From Alphaproteobacteria bacterium (GTDB lineage Bacteria; Pseudomonadota; Alphaproteobacteria; Methylaequorales; Methylaequoraceae), in the NCBI GenBank assembly GCA_045563055.1, contig JBJKUR010000009.1, positions 19,454-83,453 of the forward strand: a DNA stretch of 64,000 nucleotides, read 5' to 3'. A program made the position numbers and the translations under genes. The notes under the pieces were generated by a model, which made no database searches, was not told where the DNA came from, and saw only the letters and a list, made by a program, of their open reading frames with translations. Below, one piece after another: positions 1 to 10,553 of the stretch. Each line of letters starts with the position of its first letter. The stretch's first letter is position 1.

Positions 1-524
1 TGGGAGATATATTTTCACAAACTGTCCTTGGGATACAAAAACCAAGAATTGGACTCCTGAATGTAGGCTCTGAGATAATTAAAGGAAATACTGTTGTTAA
101 ACAAACCCACAATGATTTAAGTAAGATTACAAAAAAGATAAACTTTTATGGATTTGTTGAGGGCAACGATATTAATAAAGGTGTGGTAGATGTGGTTGTG
201 ACTGATGGTTTTTCTGGAAATATAGCCTTGAAGACAGCTGAGGGAGTAGCTGAATTAATTTTCACTTTCCTCAAAAATTCCTACAAAAGTTCAATTATTT
301 CCAAAATTGGATACATATTATCAAAACCAGCGCTCAATAGATTTAAAACAAGAATTGATCCAAGAAAGTATAATGGTGCAGTTCTTTTGGGTCTTAATGG
401 AATTGTTGTAAAAAGTCATGGTGGTACAGATGCATTTGGTTTTTGTAATGCAATAGGTGTTGCAGTCTCTTTAATCCAAAACTCATATATTAGTCAAATT
501 GAAAAAAAATTAAAACTAGATTAG
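1..524 (+). CDS. plsX: Phosphate acyltransferase PlsX, C-terminal part; the gene starts upstream of the window.
   Basis: Frame-3 translation from position 3 (GDIFSQTVLGIQKPRIGLLNVGSEII...VVTDGFSGNIALKTAEG) matches the conserved PlsX C-terminal region. Followed directly by fabH, as in most bacteria. Confidence 0.8.
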   Translation, partial: GDIFSQTVLGIQKPRIGLLNVGSEIIKGNTVVKQTHNDLSKITKKINFYGFVEGNDINKGVVDVVVTDGFSGNIALKTAEGVAELIFTFLKNSYKSSIISKIGYILSKPALNRFKTRIDPRKYNGAVLLGLNGIVVKSHGGTDAFGFCNAIGVAVSLIQNSYISQIEKKLKLD

Positions 525-527
525 CAG

Positions 528-1487
528 ATGCTATTAAATTCAAAAATTTTAGGCCATGGACATTTTCTCCCAAAAAAAATTTTAACAAATGATGACTTTT
601 TAAATTTTATAGATACATCTGATGAATGGATTTTCTCAAGAACAGGAATTAAACAAAGGCATGTTGCAGCTAAAAATGAATTAACTTCAAACCTTGCAAT
701 TAATGCAGCAAAGAGTGCTCTAGACTCTGCTAAATTAAAACCCAGTCAGATAGACTGTATAATCTTAGCTACAACAACACCTGATGATACATTTCCCTCA
801 ACAGCTACCAAAGTACAAAACAAATTAAATATGAATCATATTGCAGCTTTTGACATTCAAGCTGTTTGTTCTGGTTTTGTCTATTCACTTCACATAGCAG
901 ATTGTTTGATAAAATGCAGAAAAGCTAAGAATGTGATGGTCATTGGTGCTGAGACTTTGTCAAAAATTGTTGACTGGAAAGATAGAAGAACCTGTGTGTT
1001 ATTTGGTGATGGTGCAGGAGCAGTAATTCTAGGACCATCTGAAAAAAATGATGGAATCCTCGCTACTAAATTATATTCTGACGGATCATGGCATGATAGT
1101 TTGTTCAGTGACGGAGGACCCTCTTCTAATCAAAGGGTAGGTCATATAAGAATGAATGGACAAGATATTTTCAAGCAAGCAGTAAATAAATTAACTGAAG
1201 CTACACTTGCTGCACTTAAAGATTGTAAGTTAAGTATAACGGATATTAATTGGTTTGTTCCGCATCAAGCGAATCAGAGAATAATATCGAGCACATCTAA
1301 AAAACTTGGTATCCCGGAAGAAAAAACAATAAGCACTGTTAAATTTCATGCAAATACTTCAGCTGCATCCATCCCCTTAGCTCTGTCATCTTCGTTAGAA
1401 AAGGGCGTAATACAAAAAGATAATGTGCTAGCACTATGCGCAATTGGGGGCGGATTAACTTGGGGTAGTTGTATTTTAAAAATATGA
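528..1487 (+). CDS. fabH: 3-oxoacyl-ACP synthase III (FabH)
   Basis: 319 aa. Active-site Cys region AAFDIQAVCSGFVYSL and the C-terminal motifs (HQANQRII, ALCAIGGGLTWGS) are typical of KAS III. Sits immediately after plsX. Confidence 0.9.
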   Translation: MLLNSKILGHGHFLPKKILTNDDFLNFIDTSDEWIFSRTGIKQRHVAAKNELTSNLAINAAKSALDSAKLKPSQIDCIILATTTPDDTFPSTATKVQNKLNMNHIAAFDIQAVCSGFVYSLHIADCLIKCRKAKNVMVIGAETLSKIVDWKDRRTCVLFGDGAGAVILGPSEKNDGILATKLYSDGSWHDSLFSDGGPSSNQRVGHIRMNGQDIFKQAVNKLTEATLAALKDCKLSITDINWFVPHQANQRIISSTSKKLGIPEEKTISTVKFHANTSAASIPLALSSSLEKGVIQKDNVLALCAIGGGLTWGSCILKI

Positions 1488-1503
1488 GCTATATAATTCA
1501 AAA

Positions 1504-1819
1504 ATGACAAAGAGAGGTTTTAACAAAAGCAATTGTTGTTGATCATCTCAATGAAAGCATTGGGTTATCAAAAAGGGAGTGTCAATACTTTTTCGAGAGC
1601 TTCGTTGAAATAGTAACATCACAATTAAAAACACATAAAGATGTAAAGATCGTTAATTTTGGAATCTTTAAAGTAAAAAATAAGAAAGCTAGGATAGGAA
1701 GAAACCCAAAAACAAAAGTGGAAGTTACTATTAATGAAAGAAATGTAATTAAATTTAAACCTTCTAATTTTTTATTAAATTTCATTAATTCAAATATATC
1801 CGAGAAAGATGAAGTCTAA
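1504..1819 (+). CDS. ihfA: Integration host factor alpha subunit (HU/IHF family). Apparent 1-nt frameshift near the N-terminus.
   Basis: From 1508 one frame reads ...LTKAIVVDHLNESIGLSKRECQYFFESFVEIV...FGIFKVKNKKARIGRNPKTKVEVTINERNVIKFKPS, a clear IHF/HU fold with the GRNPKT arm. The only ATG (1504, reads MTKRGFNK) is in the -1 frame. An extra A in the AAAA run at 1524-1527 would reconcile the two frames. Confidence 0.6.
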
Positions 1820-2120
1820 TAGCACCTTTAAGAAAATAGGTTTGATTTCTAAGGAATTAAATATTCCAATTCACGTTATAAGATTCTGGGAGCAAAAGTT
1901 CTCTATATTAAAACCGACAAAAAAGCCAAACGGAACAAGATATTATTCCGTAGATCAACAAAAAATTTTAGAAGAGATCAAAGATCTTCTTTATGAAAAG
2001 AAATATTCAATTGATGGAGCAAATCAAGTCTTAAAAAAAAGAATAAAGAACACAGGTGAAAAGGAAATTTTGATAACCGAAATAGAGAATTTAATTAAGG
2101 AAATTAAGTTTAAATGTTAA
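1809..2120 (+). CDS. MerR-family HTH transcriptional regulator (small protein)
   Basis: 103 aa. N-terminal helix-turn-helix resembles MerR-type regulators (FKKIGLISKELNIPIHVIRFWEQKFSILKPTKKPNGTRYYS). Overlaps the ihfA stop, matching the common alphaproteobacterial ihfA-merR arrangement. Confidence 0.55.
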   Translation: MKSNSTFKKIGLISKELNIPIHVIRFWEQKFSILKPTKKPNGTRYYSVDQQKILEEIKDLLYEKKYSIDGANQVLKKRIKNTGEKEILITEIENLIKEIKFKC

Positions 2121-2122
2121 CT

Positions 2123-2200
2123 CGGGGTGTGGCGCAGTCTGGTTAGCGTGTCCGTCTGGGGGACGGGAGGTCGCTGGTTCAAATCCAGTCACCCCGACCA
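2123..2200 (+). tRNA. tRNA-Pro (anticodon GGG)
   Basis: Cloverleaf folded by hand. Acceptor stem CGGGGTG/CACCCCG, anticodon loop CTGGGGG, T-loop GGTTCAAATCC, encoded CCA. Confidence 0.85.
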
Positions 2201-2209
2201 TGTAGGATT

Positions 2210-2524
2210 ATGAAAGAAAAATTACGATTATTCTATAGCACATGTGATGATATTTCTGCTGCTAGGAACATTGCAAAAGAATTATTAAAAAATGAAAAAA
2301 TTATTTGTATAAATATTATCAAAAGTGTTGAAAGCATTTATAAAGAATCAGACAAGATGAAATCTTGTGAAGAAAATGTTCTAATTATCAAAACTTTTTT
2401 AGATAAAATAAAAATAGAACACATTATAAAAAAAAAACATCCTTATGAAATACCTTTCGTAATTGAATTAAAAACTGGGAATGTGAATCATGAATATTAT
2501 AAATGGGCAGACAAAAAAACATAA
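2210..2524 (+). CDS. cutA: Divalent-cation tolerance protein CutA
   Basis: 104 aa with the CutA1 signature (KKHPYEIPFVIELKTGNVNHEYYKWA). Confidence 0.65.
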   Translation: MKEKLRLFYSTCDDISAARNIAKELLKNEKIICINIIKSVESIYKESDKMKSCEENVLIIKTFLDKIKIEHIIKKKHPYEIPFVIELKTGNVNHEYYKWADKKT

Positions 2525-2575
2525 AACTTTGTTTTATGTTGACAGTCCTTTTTTTTAAGATATTTTGCTTATGAT

Positions 2576-3037
2576 ATGTTAACTTACGCCTTAAAACAAA
2601 AAGATATCAAGAAAAAATGGTATATTATTGATGCATCTAATCTTGTTTTAGGCAGACTTGCCGCAAAGATAGCCTCCTTGCTGAGGGGAAAGCACAAAAC
2701 GGACTTTACGCCTCATCTTGATTGTGGAGATAACATAATAATTATAAATGCAAAAAATGTCATTTTGACTGGAAATAAGGCTAAAGAAAAAAAGTACTAC
2801 AGGCATACCGGCTATCCTGGAGGACTCAAGGAGCTTTACTTTAAAGATGTGATAAGTGGAAATAAGCCAGAATTAGCAATAAGAAAAGCAGTTGAGCGTA
2901 TGGTATCTTCCAATGCATTATCGAAAAAACAGTTATCAAACCTTAGAATTTTTAAAGACGATAACCATAATCTAGATGCTCAAAAACCAGAAATTATTGA
3001 TTTTGCTAGCCTCAACAGGAAAAATAAGGGACAATAA
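2576..3037 (+). CDS. rplM: 50S ribosomal protein L13
   Basis: 153 aa. [27 protein letters not shown]...TPHLDCGD matches the L13 N-terminus. Followed by rpsI. Confidence 0.9.
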   Translation: MLTYALKQKDIKKKWYIIDASNLVLGRLAAKIASLLRGKHKTDFTPHLDCGDNIIIINAKNVILTGNKAKEKKYYRHTGYPGGLKELYFKDVISGNKPELAIRKAVERMVSSNALSKKQLSNLRIFKDDNHNLDAQKPEIIDFASLNRKNKGQ

Positions 3038-3501
3038 TGTCAGAAGATAAAACTGAAAAGAAAAATTCAACGCCTATTGTTGATCAAGATGATTTAAGTC
3101 CTAAAGTCGACGAGCATGGAAGGGCTTACGCAACGGGAAGAAGAAAAACCTCCGTTTCTAGAGTTTGGATAAAATATGGTGGCAGTAAAATATCTGTAAA
3201 TGGTAAGGAAAGTAAAGAATACTTCAAAAGAAAAATATATAGCACAATTTTAGAGGAACCTCTTTTTAAAACCGACAACCTAGATAAACTTGAAATAATG
3301 TCAACCGTTGCTGGAGGAGGTCTATCTGGACAAGCTGGTGCACTTAGACACGGAATTAGTAGAGCTCTAGTACATCTTGATCCATCTTTAAGAAAGAAAT
3401 TAAAAAAAGCTGGATTTTTAACAAGAGATGCCAGGAAAGTTGAAAGAAAGAAATTCGGTAAACACAAAGCAAGAAGAAGTCCTCAATTTTCTAAAAGATA
3501 A
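3037..3501 (+). CDS. rpsI: 30S ribosomal protein S9
   Basis: 154 aa. [11 protein letters not shown]...[19 protein letters not shown]...[10 protein letters not shown] is the canonical S9 sequence with its C-terminal KR. Confidence 0.9.
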   Translation: MSEDKTEKKNSTPIVDQDDLSPKVDEHGRAYATGRRKTSVSRVWIKYGGSKISVNGKESKEYFKRKIYSTILEEPLFKTDNLDKLEIMSTVAGGGLSGQAGALRHGISRALVHLDPSLRKKLKKAGFLTRDARKVERKKFGKHKARRSPQFSKR

Positions 3502-3504
3502 TTC

Positions 3505-4520
3505 ATGTCCATAAACGTATGTATCTTTGGAGTATCTGGTTACACTGGATCAAAACTTCTATACTATCTAGATAAACATCCAAATGTAAACGTTGCAGGT
3601 GCTCTCGGTGATAGTTCAGCAGGGAAAACATCTAGGAGAGGTCTTTCCAAATCTTCAAAACTGTTCAGACATCAAAATTACAGACTTTAAAAAATTTAAT
3701 TTCAACAAAATCGATTTGATATTTAGTTGCTTGCCACATGGAAAGTTTCAAGAAAGTGTTATTAAAATGCTAAATCCTAAGATAGCTATTATCGATTTAT
3801 CAGGGGATTTTAGATTAGATTCAAAAAAGGACTACGAAAATTTTTATAATTGTATTCATAAATCTATGAAATTACAGAATAAATTTGCATATGGATTAAC
3901 CGAAGTTAATAGAGAAAATATTAAGAAGTCAAAGTTTATTGCAAACCCTGGATGTTACCCAACGTCTATTCTTATTCCAATCATACCTTTACTCAAAGAA
4001 AAATCACTTAAAATTGATGACTTTATTATAGATTCTAAATCTGGGGTGAGCGGTGCGGGTAAAAAGGCTATCACACAAAATCTTTTTTCTGAATTAAGCG
4101 GTAATTTTTTTGCTTATGGAATAAATAAACATAAACACTATCCTGAAATCAAGCAGGAAATAGATACAATTAACAATAAAGTAAGCTTAACTTTTACACC
4201 TCACCTTCTACCTGTAATTTCAGGAATTCAATCTACCATTTATTTCGAGAAGAAAAAAAAGTTAAGTGAATATAAAAACGTTTTGAAAGAATTTTACCAA
4301 AATGAATACTTTATTAAGATTCTTAAAGATTCTGATATCCCAACTTTAAATAATGTTAAAAGATTCAAACTACTTGCATATGAATATCTTTTCCGATCAA
4401 TCCAAAAAGAGAGTGATAATCGTAAGTTGTATTGACAATCTTGTCAAAGGTGCTGCTGGTCAAGCTATTCAAAATATGAACTTAATGTTTGATTTTAATG
4501 AGCAAGAGTCACTAACATGA
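3505..4520 (+). CDS. argC: N-acetyl-gamma-glutamyl-phosphate reductase (ArgC). The reading frame is broken twice by single-base insertions in homopolymers.
   Basis: Three frame segments align in order to ArgC. Segment 1: [19 protein letters not shown]...SSAGK. Segment 2: [10 protein letters not shown]...[14 protein letters not shown]...AYEYLF. Segment 3: [42 protein letters not shown]. The shifts sit at the A4 run 3625-3628 and the T4 run 4389-4392. Removing one base at each restores a single ArgC ORF ending at TGA 4518-4520. Confidence 0.75.
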
Positions 4521-5059
4521 CGAAGAAGATATTAAATTATAGAGAATTTTCTCCAAAAATAGACGAATCAGTCTTCGTTGCTGATGGAGTAGTTATTGTG
4601 GGTAATGTGGTAATTGAAGAAAAATCTAGTGTATGGTTTAATTCAGTAATTAGAGCAGATGTAAATTATGTAAACATTGGAAAAAAGTGTAATATTCAAG
4701 ATGGCACAGTAATTCATGTTTCTTCTTACGGATTCTCAGCAAAGGGTGAAAAAGGAAATCCAACAATAATTTCTGATAATGTAACGATTGGACACAACGC
4801 TACAATCCATGCATGTGAAATAGGCCAGAACTCTTTGATAGGAATGGGAGCAGTAATTTTAGATCAGGCAAAAATCGAGGATTTTTGTTTGATTGCTGCT
4901 GGTGCTCTTGTAACCCCAGGAACAATAGTTAAAAGCAGAGAGTTATGGGCTGGTAGTCCAGCGAAGTTTATTAGGAAAATATCTGATAAAGAAGAAAAGT
5001 TACTGACTAATACACCAGAAGTATATTTCAACTTAAGTAAAGAATTTTTAAAAAAATAG
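4517..5059 (+). CDS. Gamma-carbonic-anhydrase-like hexapeptide-repeat protein (YrdA/PaaY family)
   Basis: 180 aa with left-handed beta-helix hexapeptide repeats ([40 protein letters not shown]). The ATGA start overlaps the argC stop. Confidence 0.7.
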   Translation: MTKKILNYREFSPKIDESVFVADGVVIVGNVVIEEKSSVWFNSVIRADVNYVNIGKKCNIQDGTVIHVSSYGFSAKGEKGNPTIISDNVTIGHNATIHACEIGQNSLIGMGAVILDQAKIEDFCLIAAGALVTPGTIVKSRELWAGSPAKFIRKISDKEEKLLTNTPEVYFNLSKEFLKK

Positions 5060-5110
5060 TTTGAGATTCAGAAATATTAACTATACTTCAGTATTGAGGG
5101 AAAATATAAA

Positions 5111-5871
5111 GTGATAAATAGAAAATCCTTAACAATTTCGACTTTACTGATATTTCTTTGCGTCAGCTGTATATCTGTTGACGGCCTAGTTGGGAATTCT
5201 GATACCGTTGAACGAAGATGCAGTTGACGAAATTGGGCAACTACTATCAGATATTCAACAAGAAGAGGATGAAATGTTTGAAAGTCCAGAGGATTCCCTT
5301 AACAATCTAAGTGATAGTGATGAAAAACTCCCTCCATCTCCGACAAAAGAATATGATAGTGTTCTTTTAGAAAATGAAAACGAAGTTGAGGAAATTGTTG
5401 CAGTACAAGAAGAAAGCTACAACTAAAGATGAAATTAACAACCAAGAAATTAATCAGAATAAATTTAGAGAATTTCAAAGTGAAATAGCAAAACTTAGTA
5501 TTAATGATAAGTTGCAATATAGAGTCGCAACAATAAACTTTTACAGTGGTTCCAGTATAGTTGATAACATAGGACTAAAAAAAATAAAGAAAATATCCAA
5601 AATTGCTAAAGAGAGAAATGCAAAAATTAAGGTAGTTGGACATGCAAGTAAAAGAACTAGAGATATGCCATTAGCTAAACATAAGCTTGTTAATTTTAAT
5701 ATTTCAGATAAAAGGGCTCAGTCAGTCGCAAATGTTTTTATTAAGCAATATAATATTCCAAGTAGCTCCTTAATCACTGAAGCTGTTTCAGATACAAAGC
5801 CTCTTTTCAAAGAAAATATGCCTGCTGGAACTAAAGCAAATCAGAGAACTGAAATTTTCCTAATTTATTGA
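5111..5871 (+). CDS. OmpA-family (Pal-like) lipoprotein, apparently one gene split across three frames by two +1 shifts.
   Basis: GTG 5111 follows RBS GAGGG and opens a signal/lipoprotein-like peptide (VINRKSLTISTLLIFLCVSCISVDG). Frame 0 (5190-5426) is an acidic linker. Frame +1 (5374-5871) is an OmpA-like C-terminal domain (INFYSGSS...IKVVGHASKRT...LSDKRAQSVANVF...NQRTEIFL). Each transition is +1, the same pattern seen in argC. Confidence 0.45.
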
Positions 5872-5880
5872 TCTAAGTAA

Positions 5881-7167
5881 GTGAAAATCAAAGTTATTAA
5901 GATAGCAATTGCTGGGGTTGGAACAGTCGGAAGCGGTCTTCTAGATTTATTAAAGAAATTTAAAAAAACAAATTATAAAATCAAAATCACCCACATCGCA
6001 GCTAGAAGAAATTTTAATAAACTTAATAAATCTTTTCCAAATTCCAAGGTTTTTAAAGATGCTAAATCTCTCTTGGATGAATATGATTATGATGTTTTAG
6101 TTGAGCTTATTGGTGGTGAGGGTGGAATTGCAAAAAAAATTATATTTGATGCTTTAAAAAAAAAGAAACACGTTGTTACAGCAAATAAAGCTTTAGTATC
6201 AAAATATTGGCAGCAAATTGTAAAGTTAACGCAAACAAATGGTTGCACATTGAAATATGAAGCTGCGGTTGCCGGAGGAATCCCGATAATCAAAGTTATT
6301 GGGGAGTTTTTAATTTCTAATAAAATTAAGAAAATATATGGTATTCTAAATGGGACATCGAATTATATTCTTAGTAAAATGCTTTCATCGAATGGCGAGT
6401 TTAAAAATATATTAAAAGAGGCTCAAAGATTGGGTTACGCTGAATCTAACCCTAAATTTGATATCGATGGAACTGATACAGCTCAAAAATTGTCAATTTT
6501 GTCTTCTATAGCTTTTAACTCCAATAACAAAGTGCAAAAAATTCAAAATGAAGGTATTGAATCAATAAATTTGGTTGATCTAAAGATCGCAAATTCATTG
6601 GGATATAAAATAAAACTTTTGGGGCTAACGGAACAAAACAATAAAAAAATTAAAAATTATGTTTATCCATGTTTACTCTCAAAAGACTCATTTATAGCTA
6701 ATATTGATGGTGTATATAATGGGGTGGTTGTAGAATCTAATTTTTGTAATAAAAGTTGTTTTGTAGGAGAGGGTGCCGGAGCTAACCCGACAGCCACATC
6801 TGTTCTTAGCGATATAATTTTTCTTATAGAAATGGACAATCAAATTACGATGCCCAAAACTTTAATAAATAACTATGAGTTTGTTGATTTGAAGTCTAGG
6901 TATGGAAGCTATTATCTTAGATTTACTACAGATGATAAATCGGGAGTAATCTCTGGAATCGCTAATGAATTTAAGAGATTTAATATTTCAATGAAATCCA
7001 TGCTCCAAAAAGAAACTCATCAATCAAATTCTAAAGATGCAACGATTGTTATAACAACACATAATTGTTACGAAAAAAATATGATGGATGCTCTCTCAAA
7101 AATTAATACTCTTGGATTTATCAGAGAGAAAACAGTTTATATAAGAATAGAAAATTTAAATAATTGA
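5881..7167 (+). CDS. hom: Homoserine dehydrogenase
   Basis: 428 aa. NAD-binding N-terminus (IAGVGTVGSG), catalytic-domain motifs (GEGAGANPTA) and a C-terminal ACT-like domain. Confidence 0.85.
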   Translation: MKIKVIKIAIAGVGTVGSGLLDLLKKFKKTNYKIKITHIAARRNFNKLNKSFPNSKVFKDAKSLLDEYDYDVLVELIGGEGGIAKKIIFDALKKKKHVVTANKALVSKYWQQIVKLTQTNGCTLKYEAAVAGGIPIIKVIGEFLISNKIKKIYGILNGTSNYILSKMLSSNGEFKNILKEAQRLGYAESNPKFDIDGTDTAQKLSILSSIAFNSNNKVQKIQNEGIESINLVDLKIANSLGYKIKLLGLTEQNNKKIKNYVYPCLLSKDSFIANIDGVYNGVVVESNFCNKSCFVGEGAGANPTATSVLSDIIFLIEMDNQITMPKTLINNYEFVDLKSRYGSYYLRFTTDDKSGVISGIANEFKRFNISMKSMLQKETHQSNSKDATIVITTHNCYEKNMMDALSKINTLGFIREKTVYIRIENLNN

Positions 7168-8349
7168 AAGAGTGTCAGGGATTTTTTTTCCAATTAGTGG
7201 TTTGCAATAGCTTAGAAACCTCTTTGTTACAAAGAATTTTTTTCGATCATAAAATTCATCAGGCATAACTTTGGTTTTTCCAGCTATTGCCTCTAACTTG
7301 TTTATAATAAAACTTGTTCTATAAATACTGCCAAAACTCTTTCTTTCTTTAATTCCAATTGAAAAAGAAGTTTTTAATTTATTTGAATAATTTACAGCTT
7401 TAAGACCAATCTGCAGTGCTTCTTTCTGATCAACCTCTGAACTTGATCCAAGAAATGATCTCTGAGAATAACCCAGTGTATCTGCTCTCACTCTAGATAT
7501 TTGTAATTTTTGTTTAACTGCATTAGCTAAGTAATCCCCCAACATGCCGCTTCCTGACAGTTGAATATTACCATGTGCATCATACTCATTTATTTTTTTG
7601 AGCTTTTCGGTAAACAATTTGTTTTTTTTATTTTTTATTCCCTCTGAAACTGCTATCACACATCTTCCATAGCTGTTGTAAACATTTTTTATGCTCTCTA
7701 AAAAATCATTTAAACTAACGGAATGTTCTGGGATAAAAATTAAATGTGGACCGTCATTTTGCTTTGATTTTAATAAAGCTGAAGATGCAGCAAGAAATCC
7801 TGCATGTCTTCCCATTACTACTCCGATATATACCCCAGGAAGAGATTTAACATCGTAATTGATTCCTGAAAAAAGTTGTGCGACATATTTTGCTGCCGAA
7901 CCAAACCCTGGTGTATGATCATTTAAAACTAAATCATTGTCTATAGTTTTGGGGACATGAATACATTGAAGGTCATAGTTTTTATTATAAGCAAATTCTG
8001 AAATTATTCTTAAGCTATCAGATGAGTCATTGCCACCGATGTAATAAAATTTGTTGATCTTTTTTTCCTTTAACACGCTAAAAATTTCACGACAGTACTC
8101 TTTATCTGGTTTGTCTCTTGTGGAACCCAAAGCTGCCCCAGGAGTTGTTTTTAATAATTGCAGTTCAGAAGAGGAAAATTTGCTTAATGACATGAATTTA
8201 TTATTAATTATTCCACTAACACCGTTAAATGCACCCAAAACTTTTGATTTTTTCTTTGTTTCATTAATTATGATGCCAACCAAAGATTGATTGATTACAT
8301 TGGTTGGCCCACCACCCTGAGCGATTAATATATTATTACTAATGGACAT
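7156..8349 (-). CDS. pfp: 6-phosphofructokinase family protein (PfkA/Pfp type, possibly PPi-dependent)
   Basis: 397 aa. N-terminal LIAQGGGPTNVIN, YYIGGNDSSDS and PKTIDNDL motifs define the PFK fold. Its length is typical of alphaproteobacterial Pfp. Confidence 0.65.
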   Translation of the reverse strand: MSISNNILIAQGGGPTNVINQSLVGIIINETKKKSKVLGAFNGVSGIINNKFMSLSKFSSSELQLLKTTPGAALGSTRDKPDKEYCREIFSVLKEKKINKFYYIGGNDSSDSLRIISEFAYNKNYDLQCIHVPKTIDNDLVLNDHTPGFGSAAKYVAQLFSGINYDVKSLPGVYIGVVMGRHAGFLAASSALLKSKQNDGPHLIFIPEHSVSLNDFLESIKNVYNSYGRCVIAVSEGIKNKKNKLFTEKLKKINEYDAHGNIQLSGSGMLGDYLANAVKQKLQISRVRADTLGYSQRSFLGSSSEVDQKEALQIGLKAVNYSNKLKTSFSIGIKERKSFGSIYRTSFIINKLEAIAGKTKVMPDEFYDRKKFFVTKRFLSYCKPLIGKKIPDTLSII

Positions 8350-8370
8350 TTTTTATGTTAAATTTTATTT

Positions 8371-10140
8371 ATGAAACCAAATCATAATTTAATTCAAGTA
8401 GATCAAAAACACAATGATGAAATTCATAATTACTCGTTGAAAGGAGTGCTTTGGAAACAAAATAAACTTGATACAACAAAGTATAATGAAATTAAAGATA
8501 ATTTAAATTTGGACTCTCATGTTGCACGATTAGCTGCTGTTAGGAGCATAAAAAGCACCGATTTTTTAAACTATATAAACCCTAAAATAAAAAACATTCT
8601 TCCAGATCCTTTTGTATTAGACGATATGGAGAAAGCTACTAATAAGATTGTTCATCATATAAAAAATAAAAAAAAAATTGGAATTCTTGGAGATTATGAT
8701 GTCGATGGTGCAAGTGCTACAGCCCTTTTATGTAATTATCTTAGTGATATTGATGTTGATTTTGAATTTTACATTCCTGATAGGATTAGAGAAGGATATG
8801 GTCCAAATGTTAATGCTTTAATAAATTTAAAGAATAAAGGTTGTGAATTAATTTTAACTCTTGACTGTGGAACTTCTGCAGTAAATTGTATTAAGGAAAT
8901 TAATAAAGAGAACGTAGATATAATTATTGTTGATCATCATCTTCAATCAGATGTGTTACCTGATGCATTTGCAATAATTAACCCCCAAAAAAAAAAGGAT
9001 ATTTCAAATTTAAATAACCTATGTGCTACTGGTGTGGTCTTTTTTTTAATAGTTTCAATAAATCGGGAGTTAAGAAAAGATGACTATTATAAGTTTAAAT
9101 TACCTAATTTAGTAAAATACCTGGACTTAGTAGCTTTAGCAACTATCTGTGATTTAGTTAAACTAGACACAATTAATAGAGCTTTTGTAAAGCAAGGACT
9201 CAAGGTTTTAAATAAACTTAAAAACACTGGTATTGCAGCATTGGTTGAATGTTCTTCAGTTAACCAACTTTTAAACGAGTATCATTTAGGCTTTGTACTT
9301 GGACCAAGAATTAATGCTGGAGGGCGAGTAGGGGATTCAAAACTAGGGGTAAACTTGTTGACATCAAAAAATAAGACAATTTCATTAATTTTATCAAACA
9401 AACTTTGTAGTTTTAATGACACAAGAAGAGCTATAGAAACGAAAGTTCTATCAGAAGCCATGAATCAAATTAATGAAAATTCAGAAGATATAATATGTGT
9501 TCACGGTAAAGACTGGCACCCAGGAGTATTAGGTATAGTTGCAGCAAAAATTACAGAAAAATATCGTAGGCCATCCATTGTGATTTCAGAGGACTCTGAT
9601 AATTGTTCTGCATCATGCAGGTCAGTAAAGAGTTTTGATATTGGAGCCTTTATAATTGATTCTGTAAATAGTGGCATTTTAATTTCAGGAGGTGGTCATA
9701 AAATGGCAGGAGGTTTTTGTATTAAAAAGTCAAAGATAAAACTTTTTAAAGACTCTATGAAAGAGAAGTTTAAAAAAAATAAATTAGATTTAATCAGATC
9801 ATTTGAATTTGAAATACCCTTGTCGAGTGTAACAAATAAGTTTTATAATCAGCTTCAAGAATTTGCACCATTCGGAATGGGAAATCCAAAACCAAAATTT
9901 TTACTCAAGAATTGTCACATAAAATATCCAAAGATAGTTGGTGATAAGCATGTTTCTTTTTTCTTAGCAGACGACTATGGTAATAAAATTAAATGTATAT
10001 ATTTTAATTCAACTGGGACAGACATGGGAAGCTTTATTGAGTCTGAGCGTTCATTTTTTGGTATAGTTGTTTCTTTACTTTTAAATTTGTGGGGAGGCAA
10101 TGAAAGTGTAGAAATTTTAGTCGAGGATATTATAGCTTAG
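8371..10140 (+). CDS. recJ: Single-stranded-DNA-specific exonuclease RecJ
   Basis: 589 aa. DHH motifs (GDYDVDGASAT, IIVDHH) and DHHA1 (GGGHKMAGG). Confidence 0.85.
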   Translation: MKPNHNLIQVDQKHNDEIHNYSLKGVLWKQNKLDTTKYNEIKDNLNLDSHVARLAAVRSIKSTDFLNYINPKIKNILPDPFVLDDMEKATNKIVHHIKNKKKIGILGDYDVDGASATALLCNYLSDIDVDFEFYIPDRIREGYGPNVNALINLKNKGCELILTLDCGTSAVNCIKEINKENVDIIIVDHHLQSDVLPDAFAIINPQKKKDISNLNNLCATGVVFFLIVSINRELRKDDYYKFKLPNLVKYLDLVALATICDLVKLDTINRAFVKQGLKVLNKLKNTGIAALVECSSVNQLLNEYHLGFVLGPRINAGGRVGDSKLGVNLLTSKNKTISLILSNKLCSFNDTRRAIETKVLSEAMNQINENSEDIICVHGKDWHPGVLGIVAAKITEKYRRPSIVISEDSDNCSASCRSVKSFDIGAFIIDSVNSGILISGGGHKMAGGFCIKKSKIKLFKDSMKEKFKKNKLDLIRSFEFEIPLSSVTNKFYNQLQEFAPFGMGNPKPKFLLKNCHIKYPKIVGDKHVSFFLADDYGNKIKCIYFNSTGTDMGSFIESERSFFGIVVSLLLNLWGGNESVEILVEDIIA

Positions 10141-10481
10141 TCAACAATTCTCATTTGCGTGTAATAAATCCTGCAATCATTTCCGTCTGTTGATATCAGA
10201 CAATTTAGATATTCGGAAAGTCTAGCATTAGAGCATCCAGCTTCTTTGTATAGAGGAATACCCTGAAAGTTTTGTTCGAAATTCTTTTTAAATTGTTCTA
10301 AAGCGGAAGCCTTGAGATTTGGTGAACTTTGAAATTGATTTTTGATTTTTGAAACTGCTGCTTCGTACGGAAAGATTATTTCATATCCTCTTAGATTGCA
10401 AAGGTGATTTGGAGCTTCTTTACCTGTGACACTATCATACGAAAGTGATATTAAAAAAGACAAAATTAAAAACTTAAACAT
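10137..10481 (-). CDS. Hypothetical secreted protein (signal peptide, 4 Cys)
   Basis: 114 aa. N-terminal hydrophobic signal MFKFLILSFLISLSYD. No family recognised. Confidence 0.35.
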   Translation of the reverse strand: MFKFLILSFLISLSYDSVTGKEAPNHLCNLRGYEIIFPYEAAVSKIKNQFQSSPNLKASALEQFKKNFEQNFQGIPLYKEAGCSNARLSEYLNCLISTDGNDCRIYYTQMRIVD

Positions 10482-10553
10482 TACAAAAACAATTTACATA
10501 TAATTTAAAAACATTATATATATATTCATATTTGTAATTTGCAAGCTATAATT

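Noticed and set aside
1582-1785. Minus-strand 67-aa hydrophobic ORF
   Set aside because: It overlaps the plus-strand ihfA coding region, whose translation has clear IHF/HU homology.
2549-2577. TTGACA followed 16 nt later by TATTTT upstream of rplM
   Set aside because: It is a plausible but weak -10. AT-rich intergenic DNA in a 30% GC genome produces such matches frequently.
3505-4435. Treating 3505-3690 and 3593-4435 as two separate genes
   Set aside because: Both segments, plus a third frame from 4390 to 4520, align consecutively to one ArgC. They form one gene interrupted by two single-base insertions.
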